Source of the DNA: Amoebidium appalachense
Taxonomy: Eukaryota > Protista > Ichthyosporea
Direction of reading: 5' to 3'
DNA length: 64,000 bases
Assembly: GCA_963693365.1 (NCBI GenBank)
Contig: CAVNZM010000012.1
Span: 3,690,792-3,754,791 of the forward strand
Below, in pieces: positions 38,529 to 49,165 of this stretch. Positions within the stretch are counted from its first letter, which is position 1. Every line of letters begins with the position of its first letter. A program made the position numbers and the translations under genes. The notes beneath the pieces are model-generated. The model had not been told where the DNA came from. It made no database searches and saw only the letters and a list, made by a program, of their open reading frames with translations.

Positions 38529-39841
38529 GATGGGACTTTCAGCCCCATCCTGGGGGTGATCCGTAACAAGGGTAGCTACGTAACAAGAGGTACAGTACCT
38601 ACTCAGAGTAGGAGGTCTTACTCTGCAACAGCGGCTTGCAAAAAGACTCTTAATTGCACAAATAAGTACACTTCACAATACCGCAGTGGGACTAAGTCAC
38701 GTATCTACCGTGAAGTAGTCTGCAATGTGCGAATCACTTGAGTTGCAAATCTTTGACCCTAGGAAAAAAAATGAGCACCTTCCCTCGCTTCTTTCAAACC
38801 AAGCTGTCTGTTTCCAATCCGCTGCCTGCTTGAGAATATTAAACATGTTACCAGTTGGAGTCAACTGTGTTTTGTTGTTTAGTTTCAGCAACTTGAATAA
38901 AGGCAGTGGCCAACACAAGTCTCCACTTGAGGCAGGTGAAGTACTCGAATACAACCTCTGCTTTGTTGACATTTCTTTCTGATGGAAGATTTAAGAGAAG
39001 AGTTTGTTTCCTCTCGTGCTCATGAAGGGCTCATGCAGCAGCTTAAAACGTATCAAGTCTCTTTCTCAATCCTTAAGTAGGCCGGGAGATGAGAACGTGC
39101 CCAAAGCTGATTTCTATCGTGTGTTCGAGGAAGGTGGTGAAACTACTGTAGGAGGCCAAGTCTTCGTCAAACGTGCACATATGTACTCAACGATGTGATT
39201 CCACACGTTGGTCTGTACAACCGTATGTATTGAATACTTCGCTGAATCCACTACAATATGTGAAGGTTGGTTGTTTCGGGTAATCTTCAAAAACCCTGAG
39301 ATGGGTGCTTTGCGCTGCCCAAAAGGAGCAGGTGTGGACTTATCGAAGCCTTTCCCAGAAATAGCACATCGCCGTGCCCGGTGATTCGGTATGCATCGCA
39401 TTTAACCCTGCAAGTATATTCGTTGAAAGCTGTATCGATTTCCAGCCTGTTTTGTCTTACACTGCTAATTTCAAAGCCTTTGTTTGGAGTCACCTCTTAC
39501 TTATGCCAGGTTTCAGCCACCAACCAAACACACTCCAAGGGAGAAGAGACGGTTCAGCCACCTATAGCTATGAGAGGGCAATACAAGAGCTCGAGGTTCA
39601 TAATTTTCACTCTTGCCTGCAGAAAACATGAGGACCTAATTAAACAATGCACAGGTCGTTTACTGTATGGCGTACACGCGGCACTTGTAACCCACGTTTA
39701 CTAGAAACATCAAGTGTGGTGAGCGCCAATACTAATATATACTAATATGAGTAACTTATGTGTGATCACGATGCCGGCACTCTTCTGGCTTCGAAGTCAT
39801 AAATGACTGTGGCCTGGTCTATACACATGGCAGCGATTGCA

Positions 39842-40032
39842 TGGTTCCCTTCTACTCTCTCGGTGCGCACAAATACTGGCACTGTGAAGGACAGGGGAGT
39901 GCACCCAAGATAGCACGGTAGCAGTGAGCTGCCCTGGTGGTTCCCTTCTACTCTCTCGGTGCGCACAAATACTGCACTGTGAAGGACAGGGGAGCGCACC
40001 CAAGATAGCACAGTAGCAGTGAGCTGCCCTGG
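39842..40032. repeat. Tandem duplication, 2 x ~96 bp
   Basis: TGGTTCCCTTCTACTCTCTCGGTGCGCACAAATACT...GCAGTGAGCTGCCCTGG at 39842 and 39938. Confidence 0.9.
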
Positions 40033-40571
40033 TGGCAACAAAAAGTTGGAAACAGGGCCGGCACACAGAACGGAGACTGATGATGGCTTATGCCGCTAAT
40101 GAACTGGCGCCGGCTTCAAAAAATGCGAAAAATGTTACGGAACGTCAAAAACGATGTTATTGGTGCATGGGTTTCTTGAACGCTGGCAATACAACAGTAT
40201 TGGTAATCTACGGAGTCATCCAGGTTTAATTGTAAATGTTGCGACACTAAATTAGTGCTCTATATCAAAGAGCTCTCTGAAGATAATAACCGCCGTAGGC
40301 AATAAACACTTCCCTGAACAGTAACTTGACTGTAAATTGGTGCGAAACGCTAAAAAACGTCTTTGTGCGTTACCGAGAGTCAATCACGTCTCACCAAAAG
40401 CATTTGCACTCCTCTATATAACGCCTTTGACCAATCGTTGAGCGTCAACAACTAATCATTTGCTTCATTCTGATTGGTTGTCACACCACGGGATTTCCCG
40501 ATTGTTCTTCCAATGACATTTTCTATCACTATCGACAGTTCTCCAATATTAGAACAGAAAACGGTTTATAC

Positions 40572-40668
40572 CCAGATGGCCAGATGGCCAGATCAAATTC
40601 AGTCTGTGAGCAGGGGGGGGGGATCCACCTGAAGTCAAAACAATCTGGCCATCTGGCCATGTGGCCAT
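40572..40668. repeat. Bidirectional short-repeat (iteron-like) cluster, motif ATGGCCAG/CTGGCCAT
   Basis: CCAGATGGCCAGATGGCCAGAT ... ATCTGGCCATCTGGCCATGTGGCCAT. Confidence 0.7.
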
Positions 40669-40820
40669 AGAATAGATTAGCATGTAAGGCACTGGCTGCC
40701 ACCACTGGGGGCCGTGGTTCCGGCAGCAGGGGGGGCACAGGAGCAGGGGAGGCACACGTGCACAGGAGGCTGGGGAGAGTGGGGGAACCATGGTTGTGTG
40801 ATACTATCTATCCCCCATGT

Positions 40821-41249
40821 ATGGCTGAGTTAAGACCATTTGTTCATGTAGCACGGCGCAATGGAAGTGTGGAGAAAGTGGTGCGTGACATGCTTGCTGA
40901 TAAGCTTAATGGTACTGTTGAAGTTAATACAATACACGGGCGAATTGATATACTTACAGCTACCGAGCTGATTGAAGTTAAGTCATGGAACCTATACAAG
41001 ACAGCAATGGGCCAGATAGTGTTCTACCGTCTGAGCTATCCCATGCACCAGACACGTGTGCACTTTTATGGTAACGAGTTTCCAAAAGCAGCAAAGATTA
41101 AGAGCATTGTGGATGGCTTCATTCTGCATGGCATCCACGTGAGTGCCCAGTGTGGGATGGAAGTCATCTGGCTCACACAGATCAACAGCGACGGCCAATT
41201 GGAACTCAACAGAGAAGGCTTCACGGCACTGGTCATGCCTAGGTTCTAA
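40821..41249 (+). CDS. PD-(D/E)XK-like nuclease domain protein, copy 1
   Basis: EKVVRDMLA...EVNTIHGRIDILTATELIEVK...YKTAMGQ, a D...EVK restriction-endonuclease-fold pattern. Confidence 0.7.
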   Translation: MAELRPFVHVARRNGSVEKVVRDMLADKLNGTVEVNTIHGRIDILTATELIEVKSWNLYKTAMGQIVFYRLSYPMHQTRVHFYGNEFPKAAKIKSIVDGFILHGIHVSAQCGMEVIWLTQINSDGQLELNREGFTALVMPRF

Positions 41250-41429
41250 TGCCAATAAAACCATCTTCTAGCATGCACGTGTTGGAATGCCACCACTGGG
41301 GGCCGTGGTTCCGGCAGCAGGGGGGGGCACACGTGCAGGGGAGGCAGGGGGGCTGGGGTGGCGCACGTGCACAGGAGGCTGGGGAGAGTGGGGGAACCAT
41401 GGTTGTGTGATACTATCTATCCCCCATGT

Positions 41430-41858
41430 ATGGCTGAGTTAAGACCATTTGTTCATGTAGCACGGCGCAATGGAAGTGTAGAGAAAGTGGTGCGTGACAT
41501 GCTTGCTGATAAGCTTGATGGTACTGTTGAAGTTAATACAATACACGGGCGAATTGATATACTTACAGCTACCGAGCTGATTGAAGTTAAGTCATGGAAC
41601 CTATACAAGACAGCAATGGGCCAGATAGTGTTCTACCGTCTGAGCTATCCCATGCACCAGACACGTGTGCACTTTTATGGTAACGAGTTTCCAAAAGCAG
41701 CAAAGATTAAGAGCATTGTGGATGGCTTCATTCTGCATGGCATCCACGTGAGTGCCCAGTGTGGGATGGAAGTCATCTGGCTCACACAGATCAACAGCGA
41801 CGGCCAATTGGAACTCAACAGAGAAGGCTTCACGGCACTGGTCATGCCTAGGTTCTAA
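41430..41858 (+). CDS. PD-(D/E)XK-like nuclease domain protein, copy 2 (near-identical tandem duplicate)
   Basis: Offset 609 bp from copy 1. The only differences seen are one N>D and one silent change. Confidence 0.7.
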   Translation: MAELRPFVHVARRNGSVEKVVRDMLADKLDGTVEVNTIHGRIDILTATELIEVKSWNLYKTAMGQIVFYRLSYPMHQTRVHFYGNEFPKAAKIKSIVDGFILHGIHVSAQCGMEVIWLTQINSDGQLELNREGFTALVMPRF

Positions 41859-42193
41859 TGCCAATAAAACCATCTTCTAGCATGCACGTGTTGGAATGCC
41901 ACCACTGGGGGGCCTGGTTCCGGGAGGCAGGGGAGCAGGGGGGGCAGGGGAGGCAGGGGAGGCACGTGAGCACTCACTGGCCCTGCGCCGGGCCTGGTTC
42001 CGGGAGGCAGGGGAGCAGGGGGGGCACCCAGTGTGTGGGTGTGCATATGGGCAGGGGAGCAGGGGGGCAGGGGGGCAGGGGAGCAGGGGGGACTGGGGAG
42101 CAGGGGGGACTGGGGAGACTGGCATGCCACTCACGGGGAGGATAGTGTATGTTGGCACGTGTGGGTGTGTGGGTGATAAAGGCAGAAGCCACA

Positions 42194-42708
42194 ACACGTG
42201 TGGTGTCTAAACAGCCTATAGGCATGCTCCGTGTGCAGGCACCAATTTCTACCCTCTTCTGGTTGGTGCCAAGAGGCAGCGCCCTACACGTGTGGTGTCT
42301 AAACAGCCTATAGGCATGCTCCGTGTGCAGGCACCAATTTCTACCCTCTTCTGGTTGGTGCCAAGAGGCAGCGCCCTACACGTGTGGTGTCTAAACAGCC
42401 TATAGGCATGCTCCGTGTGCAGGCACCAATTTCTACCCTCTTCTGGTTGGTGCCAAGAGGCAGCGCCCTACACGTGTGGTGTCTAAACAGCCTATAGGCA
42501 TGCTCCGTGTGCAGGCACCAATTTCTACCCTCTTCTGGTTGGTGCCAAGAGGCAGCGCCCTACACGTGTGGTGTCTAAACAGCCTATAGGCATGCTCCGT
42601 GTGCAGGCACCAATTTCTACCCTCTTCTGGTTGGTGCCAAGAGGCAGCGCCCTACACGTGTGGTGTCTAAACAGCCTATAGGCATGCTCCGTGTGCAGGC
42701 ACCAATTT
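42194..42708. repeat. Perfect tandem array, 92-bp unit x ~5.6
   Basis: TGGTGTCTAAACAGCC starts at 42201, 42293, 42385, 42477, 42569 and 42661. Confidence 0.97.
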
Positions 42709-42898
42709 GTTGTGCCTTCCTTTTTTGGTTAGATCTATACCCGGCCAATGGTTAGCAGCCACGGGTTTGTTTTCATCAAGCTTAGACGTGATACTTTGCC
42801 AACCATCAAGGCCGTTTGAGTGACAATGACCGTTGATTGGAGAGATCTATCCCATTGAGCCTTGGCACCATTGCTGTAAGCTGCTTTGTACCGTGGCA

Positions 42899-42906
42899 TA
42901 TAAAAG
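42899..42906 (+). promoter_or_regulatory. TATA box (GGCATATAAAAGC) of ORF 43002
   Basis: TATAAAAG ~100 bp upstream of the ATG, with GATTGG (inverted CCAAT) at ~42835. The same motif precedes several island genes. Confidence 0.6.
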
Positions 42907-43001
42907 CAGCACACACGGTCACATTCACTCATTTCAACACTGACACTCAATAGTAAAAGGCGACACACAACAAACTTGTTTTTCAAACACTCACACGAAA
43001 C

Positions 43002-44183
43002 ATGGATTCTTGGAAAGAGGAGCTTCAACAGCTGCAGAAGCGCTTTGATTTTCTGTACACGGACCATTCGTCTCGCTTAACGGCCCTGCACACCGACGTC
43101 ACCAGCCTCCGCACCGACCTCACCAGCCTCCGCAGTCAAGTGACCAATGAGAATGCTGCGCGTACCCCCCGACCCCCCCAACCCCAGCCCTCTGATGTAG
43201 AGGCACGACTGAGGGCAGCCGAAGAGCAGATCAAGACCCTGCAGGCCGAGCTTGCCAGCCTGCAACGGGCTGCAGCACCCCACCGGGATGGCCAGGTGGC
43301 CTATGAAAACTACATTTTCAGTGGCCCTTGCAAGACTACCCCTGTGGCCATGACCACCACTGTGACTGCCCCCACCCCTGCCGCCAAGACCGCCCCTGTG
43401 ACTGCCCCCACCCCTGCCGCCAAGACCACTCCTGTGACTGCCCCCACCCCTGCCGCCAAGACCGCCCCTGTGACTGCCCCCACCCCTGCCGCCAAGACCG
43501 CCCCTGTGACTGCCCCCACCCCTGCCGCCAAGACCGCCCCTGCCAAGACCACCCCTACCACCAAGACCACTCCTGCCAAGACCACCCCTACCACCAAGAC
43601 CACTCCTGCCAAGACCACCCCTACCACCAAGACCACTCCTGCCAAGACCACCCCTGCCGCTAAGCCCAGGCCCAAGCACACCAAAACACCTGAGACTTCG
43701 TTGCATGACCATACGATGGAACTCGATGCACAGCTAACTAGTGTGAGGGGGGAGCTCCAGAATGCTCGAGAGCGTGTCAAAGAGGCAAAGGCGGCTGAAG
43801 ATGAAATGGCGGAGGGCCTGGCCATTGCTGCTGTGTGTGCAGCCCAAAACACCATAAAAAGCATCCGAAGGAAGATTCTGCGACGGGAGAAGAACTTGAA
43901 GGCATACACAGGTGGTAATGAGTCTGTCTCTTCACCTGCCTCACCCGCCAAACGCGTCCATGATCAATGCGATTGGGACTCAGATGAAGCATTCAACCCC
44001 AAGCGGCTCAAACAACGGGCAAATCAGGTACTCGATGATATGACAGATGACGAATCTGCGTCTGATCGTGAGTCGGTCGTGTATGACCGCAAACCTGAAC
44101 CCAAACATAAACAAACTGAAGAAATTCCCCTCATTGATCTTGACCAGGAAGAGTTTGACCAGTATGAGCATGAGATGTACTGA
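43002..44183 (+). CDS. Hypothetical protein: coiled coil, TAPTPAAK/PAKTTPTTK repeats, second coiled coil, acidic tail
   Basis: 393-aa ATG ORF with upstream TATA and a T-rich 3' region. Internal 33-bp and 27-bp coding repeats. Confidence 0.75.
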   Translation: MDSWKEELQQLQKRFDFLYTDHSSRLTALHTDVTSLRTDLTSLRSQVTNENAARTPRPPQPQPSDVEARLRAAEEQIKTLQAELASLQRAAAPHRDGQVAYENYIFSGPCKTTPVAMTTTVTAPTPAAKTAPVTAPTPAAKTTPVTAPTPAAKTAPVTAPTPAAKTAPVTAPTPAAKTAPAKTTPTTKTTPAKTTPTTKTTPAKTTPTTKTTPAKTTPAAKPRPKHTKTPETSLHDHTMELDAQLTSVRGELQNARERVKEAKAAEDEMAEGLAIAAVCAAQNTIKSIRRKILRREKNLKAYTGGNESVSSPASPAKRVHDQCDWDSDEAFNPKRLKQRANQVLDDMTDDESASDRESVVYDRKPEPKHKQTEEIPLIDLDQEEFDQYEHEMY

Positions 44184-44586
44184 TTTGATTGGTCGACTAA
44201 GTGGCATTCTCTTTTGATTTGTATTTGAATTGATCGGTCTTGATTTATTTGTTTCCTTTCTCTTTTAGTTTGTATTTGAATATACTCGGTCCAAGTTGAT
44301 TTGTTCTTTGTAATCTGACTAGACTATCATGTACGTACTTACTCTTTTTCTATACAATCACTTGTGTTCATATTAAAGGATTCTGTGTACGTGGACCACG
44401 GAAACATACACCATTTTTTGCAGTGCTTCATGCTATAAAATAACCATGAGAGACACAAACAAATACACTAAGTGTGTACACGTCTACCCATAGGCCCAAG
44501 TGTTGACATGTCTGCCCACAGTTCCCTAAGGCTTAAAGCACACATCTGCCTGTATGCCATAAACTTTACTTTCACCACAAGACACC

Positions 44587-46102
44587 CACCTAAGTACACG
44601 TCTGCACCACCCTAAGTACACTGTGGTGCACAGCCCCACCCTAAGTACACGTCTGCACCACCCTAAGTACACTGTGGTGCACTGCACCACCCTGACTTAG
44701 TACACTCTGCACCACCTAGTACACGTCTGCACCACCCTAAGTACACGTCTGCACCACCCTAAGTACACTCTGCACCACCCTAAGTACACGTCTGCACCAC
44801 CCTAAGTACACCTCTGCACCACCTAGTACACGTCTGCACCACCCTAAGTACACGTCTGCACCACCCTAAGTAGACCTCTGCACCACCCTAAGTAGACCTC
44901 TGCACCACCCTAAGTACACCTCTGCACCACCCTAAGTACACCTCTGCACAGCCCGAAGTACACCTCTGCACAGCCCTAAGTACACGTCTGCACCACCCTA
45001 AGTACACCTCTGCACCACCCTAAGTACACGTCTGCACCACCCTAAGTACACGTCTGCACCACCCTAAGTACACCTCTGCACAGCCCTAAGTACACCTCTG
45101 CACCACCCTAAGTACACCTCTGCACAGCCCTAAGTACACGTCTGCACCACCTAGTACACGTCTGCACCACCCTAAGTACACGTCTGCACCACCCTAAGTA
45201 CACGTCTGCACCACCCTAAGTAGACCTCTGCACCACCCTAAGTAGACCTCTGCACCACCCTAAGTACACCTCTGCACCACCCTAAGTACACCTCTGCACA
45301 GCCCTAAGTACACCTCTGCACAGCCCTAAGTACACGTCTGCACCACCCTAAGTACACCTCTGCACCACCCTAAGTACACGTCTGCACCACCCTAAGTACA
45401 CCTCTGCACAGCCCTAAGTACACCTCTGCACCACCCTAAGTACACCTCTGCACAGCCCTAAGTACACGTCTGCACCACCTAGTACACGTCTGCACCACCC
45501 TAAGTACACGTCTGCACCACCCTAAGTACACGTCTGCACCACCCTAAGTACACGTCTGCACCACCCTAAGTACACCTCTGCACCACCCTAAGTACACGGC
45601 GTCTGCACCACCCTAAGTACACGTCTGCACCACCCTAAGTAGACCTCTGCACCACCCTAAGTAGACCTCTGCACCACCCTAAGTACACGTCTGCACCACC
45701 CTAAGTACACGTCTGCACCACCCTAAGTACACGTCTGCACCACCCTAAGTAGACCTCTGCACCACCCTAAGTAGACCTCTGCACCACCCTAAGTACACGT
45801 CTGCACCACCCTAAGTACACTCTGCACCACCCTAAGTACACTCTGCACAGCCCCACCCTAAGTACACCTCTGCACAGCCCTAAGTACACCTCTGCACCAC
45901 CCTAAGTACACCTCTGCACAGCCCTAAGTACACTCTGCACAGCCCCACCCTAAGTACACTCTGCACCACCCTAAGTACACTCTGCACAGCCCCACCCTAA
46001 GTACACTCTGCACCACCCTAAGTACACTCTGCACAGCCCCACCCTAAGTACACTCTGCACCACCCTAAGTACACTCTGCACAGCCCCACCCTAAGTACAC
46101 TC
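44587..46102. repeat. Minisatellite, ~22-bp unit CCCTAAGTACAC(G/C)TCTGCACCA, roughly 65-70 variant units with a 328-bp higher-order period
   Basis: Read directly from the sequence. The 20-bp CCTAG variant recurs at 44822, 45150 and 45478 (14x22+20=328). Confidence 0.97.
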
Positions 46103-46179
46103 AATGTTAAGTACATCTGCACACAAGCACTAGAATAGCCTGAGGCTACTCTCTAATAGCGGCCCCTTTTTTCACCGTG

Positions 46180-46926
46180 TCAAGGCCAGTTGATATCTTC
46201 GTCTGAAGACTCGGAAGACGCCCCAGAGCTGCTGGCTTCACTGGCTCGTGCCCTTTTCTGCTGTCCCCGTGTCAAGGTCTTGGACTCGGAAGACGAGTGC
46301 TCCTCAGAAGACGAGTACTCCTCAGGTCCCCATATCAAGGTCTTGAACCAAGGAGGCACTTCCTCCTGTACCGCCGACCCAGAGCTTTTGACTTCCTCTC
46401 GTGTCCTCTTCTGCTGTCTTGGTGGTTTCTCCCGTGTCTTGGACCCCTGTGTGAAGGTCTTCCAGTTGAAATAAGGAGGCACTGGAGAATGGTGCTCCTC
46501 CTCCGACCCAGAGCTTCTGACTTCCTCTCGTGTCCTCTTCTGCTGTCTTCGTGGTTTCTCCCGTGTCTTGGACCCCTGTGTGATGTGCAAACGTGAGCGC
46601 TGCAGGGGCAGGGGGCCCAAGTCCACGGGATAGGAGCTGCCATGCTCGCCAGCACGAAGTGCAGGTGCCGCTGCCAGGACAGGGGGTGCCACGGTCAGCG
46701 CTGGGGGTGCCACGGTCAGCGCTGGGGGTGCCACGGTCAGCGCTGGGGGTGCCACGGTTGCTGCTGTAGTGGTGCGCTTGCTTAAAGCCATGCGGGCGTG
46801 CCTAGCAAGGGCGCACGCGAAACGGGTCTGGGTGTCCCGCAGGACCTTTGCATCCTCCTCCAAAGTCTTGAGTCTTGTCTCTATTTTTTTAGCGCGCCTT
46901 TCTAGATCTTTGATGTTAGAACTCAT
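46180..46926 (-). CDS. Hypothetical protein: N-terminal coiled coil, TVAPPAL repeats, duplicated basic TQGSKTREKP..QQKRTREEV block, Ser/acidic tail
   Basis: ATG ORF MSSNIKDLERR. A GGCATATAAAAGC TATA motif lies on the minus strand at 47011-47018. Confidence 0.7.
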   Translation of the reverse strand: MSSNIKDLERRAKKIETRLKTLEEDAKVLRDTQTRFACALARHARMALSKRTTTAATVAPPALTVAPPALTVAPPALTVAPPVLAAAPALRAGEHGSSYPVDLGPLPLQRSRLHITQGSKTREKPRRQQKRTREEVRSSGSEEEHHSPVPPYFNWKTFTQGSKTREKPPRQQKRTREEVKSSGSAVQEEVPPWFKTLIWGPEEYSSSEEHSSSESKTLTRGQQKRARASEASSSGASSESSDEDINWP

Positions 46927-47605
46927 TTTCGTGACAGTTGGATGTACGTTGTGTGCCAAGGGAGAAGCTAGCTAACATGGAAAAGGTGTGTGGATTGAAG
47001 AGAGTATGGGCTTTTATATGCCGTGCCCGGCTTTGGCATCAGATGCTTTATTGCATTAGATTGGTTGGATATACCCCAGCCGCGACGCTTGATTGGATCT
47101 AGAGATCGCGTGAATATCTGATTGGCTAATTGTCATTTGGGCATCTTGGTGTATCCGATAAGTTGGGGCTCAACCAAATCTGCTGACTGATTGATGAATT
47201 CTGATTGGATCAACAAGAGCATGTTTTGACTTGAGAATTGTCATTTGACAGATTGGATTGTAATCCGATCTTTGCAACTTGGCCGTCAGTGTTTGAACAC
47301 AATGTATTTTGATGTAGCAACTCCTAAAAAAACACGAATATGCTTCCCAACAATTACGAGCATTATTCTGTCTATCAGGGATACAAAAATTGGTCAGGAA
47401 AAGTACACAATCACATGGTGCTGACTGCTTGAACACGATGTCAATTGATAGCGAATCGGTGCACTGCCTGCTGGGAACAACATGTCACTTTTTGAGCAGC
47501 ACTTAGGAAACTCGCGCTCACGTGGATCCAATACTTATACACCAACCAGAAGTGTGCGCACAAAAAGGGGTCCGAGCTGGATACAAATGGCTTGGTGTGT
47601 GTGTG

Positions 47606-47707
47606 TGCACACGGAGCATGCCTATAGGCTGTTTAGACACCACACGTGTAGGGCACTGCCTCTTGGCACCAACCAGAAGAGGGTAGAAATCAGTGCCCTG
47701 CACACGG
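47606..47707. repeat. Single inverted copy of the 92-bp array unit
   Basis: 47606-47690 is the reverse complement of ATTTCTACCCTCTT...GCCTATAGGCATGCTCCGTGTGCA with 1 mismatch. Confidence 0.95.
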
Positions 47708-47778
47708 GGCAACTGGAAATACATGTTTTAGGGCTCGTAGCCCACCCAGACAAAATTATTTTCTAGTATAAGATAATA

Positions 47779-49165
47779 ATGATAAACATTGACGAGGCCG
47801 CACGTACTTCGTTTCTCAATGTTACGGATGGATTACCGCGCTTTGCCCCATCAAGCTCCATTGGTTCCTGGTGTGACAAAGATGCCATTATTGCTTTTTT
47901 GAGGACAAAGGTAGCTCGCGTTCTAAATAGCAATGTGTATGTGGTAAAAATCAACAAGGGGAGACGTACCACTTTTGATTTCCAATCCAGGGAGGCAGTC
48001 AACGGGACTCTGTCCGCCATGAGATTCACCTATCCGATTGGGAAAAAAAGACGCTGTTTACTTGGGGAAGGACTATCTATGCGAACCCACAATAACATGG
48101 TTCAACGACGCTGTTTTTGACCCGGCTGATCTCAAGTGCGAGAAGGACGAGAACTACGCCTGCTTCAATACATATGGCGGCATGGCGTTTTCACCTATTG
48201 ACGGTTTCCGAGTGGACTCACATAAAGTGGGACCCTTTCTCTGGCACCTACACAACATTATGGCCAACGGTGACCCCATCATGGGCGGGTTTCTTCTTAA
48301 TTGGATTGCACATATCATCCAGCATCCAGGACAAAAGCCTGATAGTTGTTGTCTTTTCAAAAGTGTCCAAGGGACGGGAAAAAACATGTTTTGGAACATA
48401 TTCAGCAAGTTATTGGGTCCCGCCTTGGTTGTAACCGTGAACAGCAAACACCGATTGGTTGGGAATTTCAATGCACACCTCGCGGATAAGCTGCTTGTGT
48501 TGGTCGATGAAGTGACCTTTGGGGGGGAACACACAGTCAACAACCAGCTCAAAAATATGATAACAGACACGACAATGGTTATCGAGCGAAAAGGCATCGA
48601 CCAAATGGTCCGACGGTCCTGTGAGCGCTACGTGTTTATGTCAAACGAGGACTGGCCACTGCGTGTTGAAGCCAGCGACCGCCGCTCTGCCTGCTTTGAG
48701 GTCTCACCTGCAAAAGTCAACGACACGGCATACTTCAACAACCTCTGGACACACTATGAGGATCAAGATGCTCTACACCACCTCTTCCAATTTCTGCACC
48801 AACACCGTCCTAATGGGAATCCAATCTTGCTTTATCTCCGCCCACCGAACTCCAAGTTGAAGGAGCGTCTGAAATCGTTTTCCCGATCTGACTGTCTGTC
48901 CTTTTTGAAGGATGTTGTCATGGGGGAGGACAGCTGCGAAAGAATGGCCCTCACCGACGGAAAGTTTGTGACAGCAACCGAGATCCACCTTCATCTTCAA
49001 GAGTGGATGCGCTTAAACGGCAAGAACCCGCAGACAGCCAGCCTGCGACAAGTGGGCGAATGCCTCTCGAAGCTTTTCGGGGACAAAGTTAATGGAATGA
49101 GTTTGTTTGTCCAGGGGAGGTGTAAGGGGTACCACCTAAATTTTGAGGCCATTTTGATGGGGTGA
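47779..49165 (+). CDS. SF3 D5/DUF5906-like helicase with putative C-terminal winged helix; +1 frameshift in the A7 run at ~48043-48049 (sequencing error or pseudogene)
   Basis: Walker A SVQGTGKN, Walker B LVLVDE, motif C FMSN, DRR finger. The upstream ORF 47779 aligns with the N-terminus of helicase 54328. Confidence 0.85.

Noticed and set aside
38560-39780. Possible gene or remnant between the MITE and the island
   Set aside because: Only short ORFs with no recognisable motif. Cannot be assigned to host or island.
42194-42708. CRISPR array or hammerhead ribozyme multimer
   Set aside because: Units are fully identical (no spacers), and there is no CTGANGA/GAAA core on either strand.
44587-46102. 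CRISPR array
   Set aside because: Units are contiguous variants with no unique spacers, and there are no cas genes.
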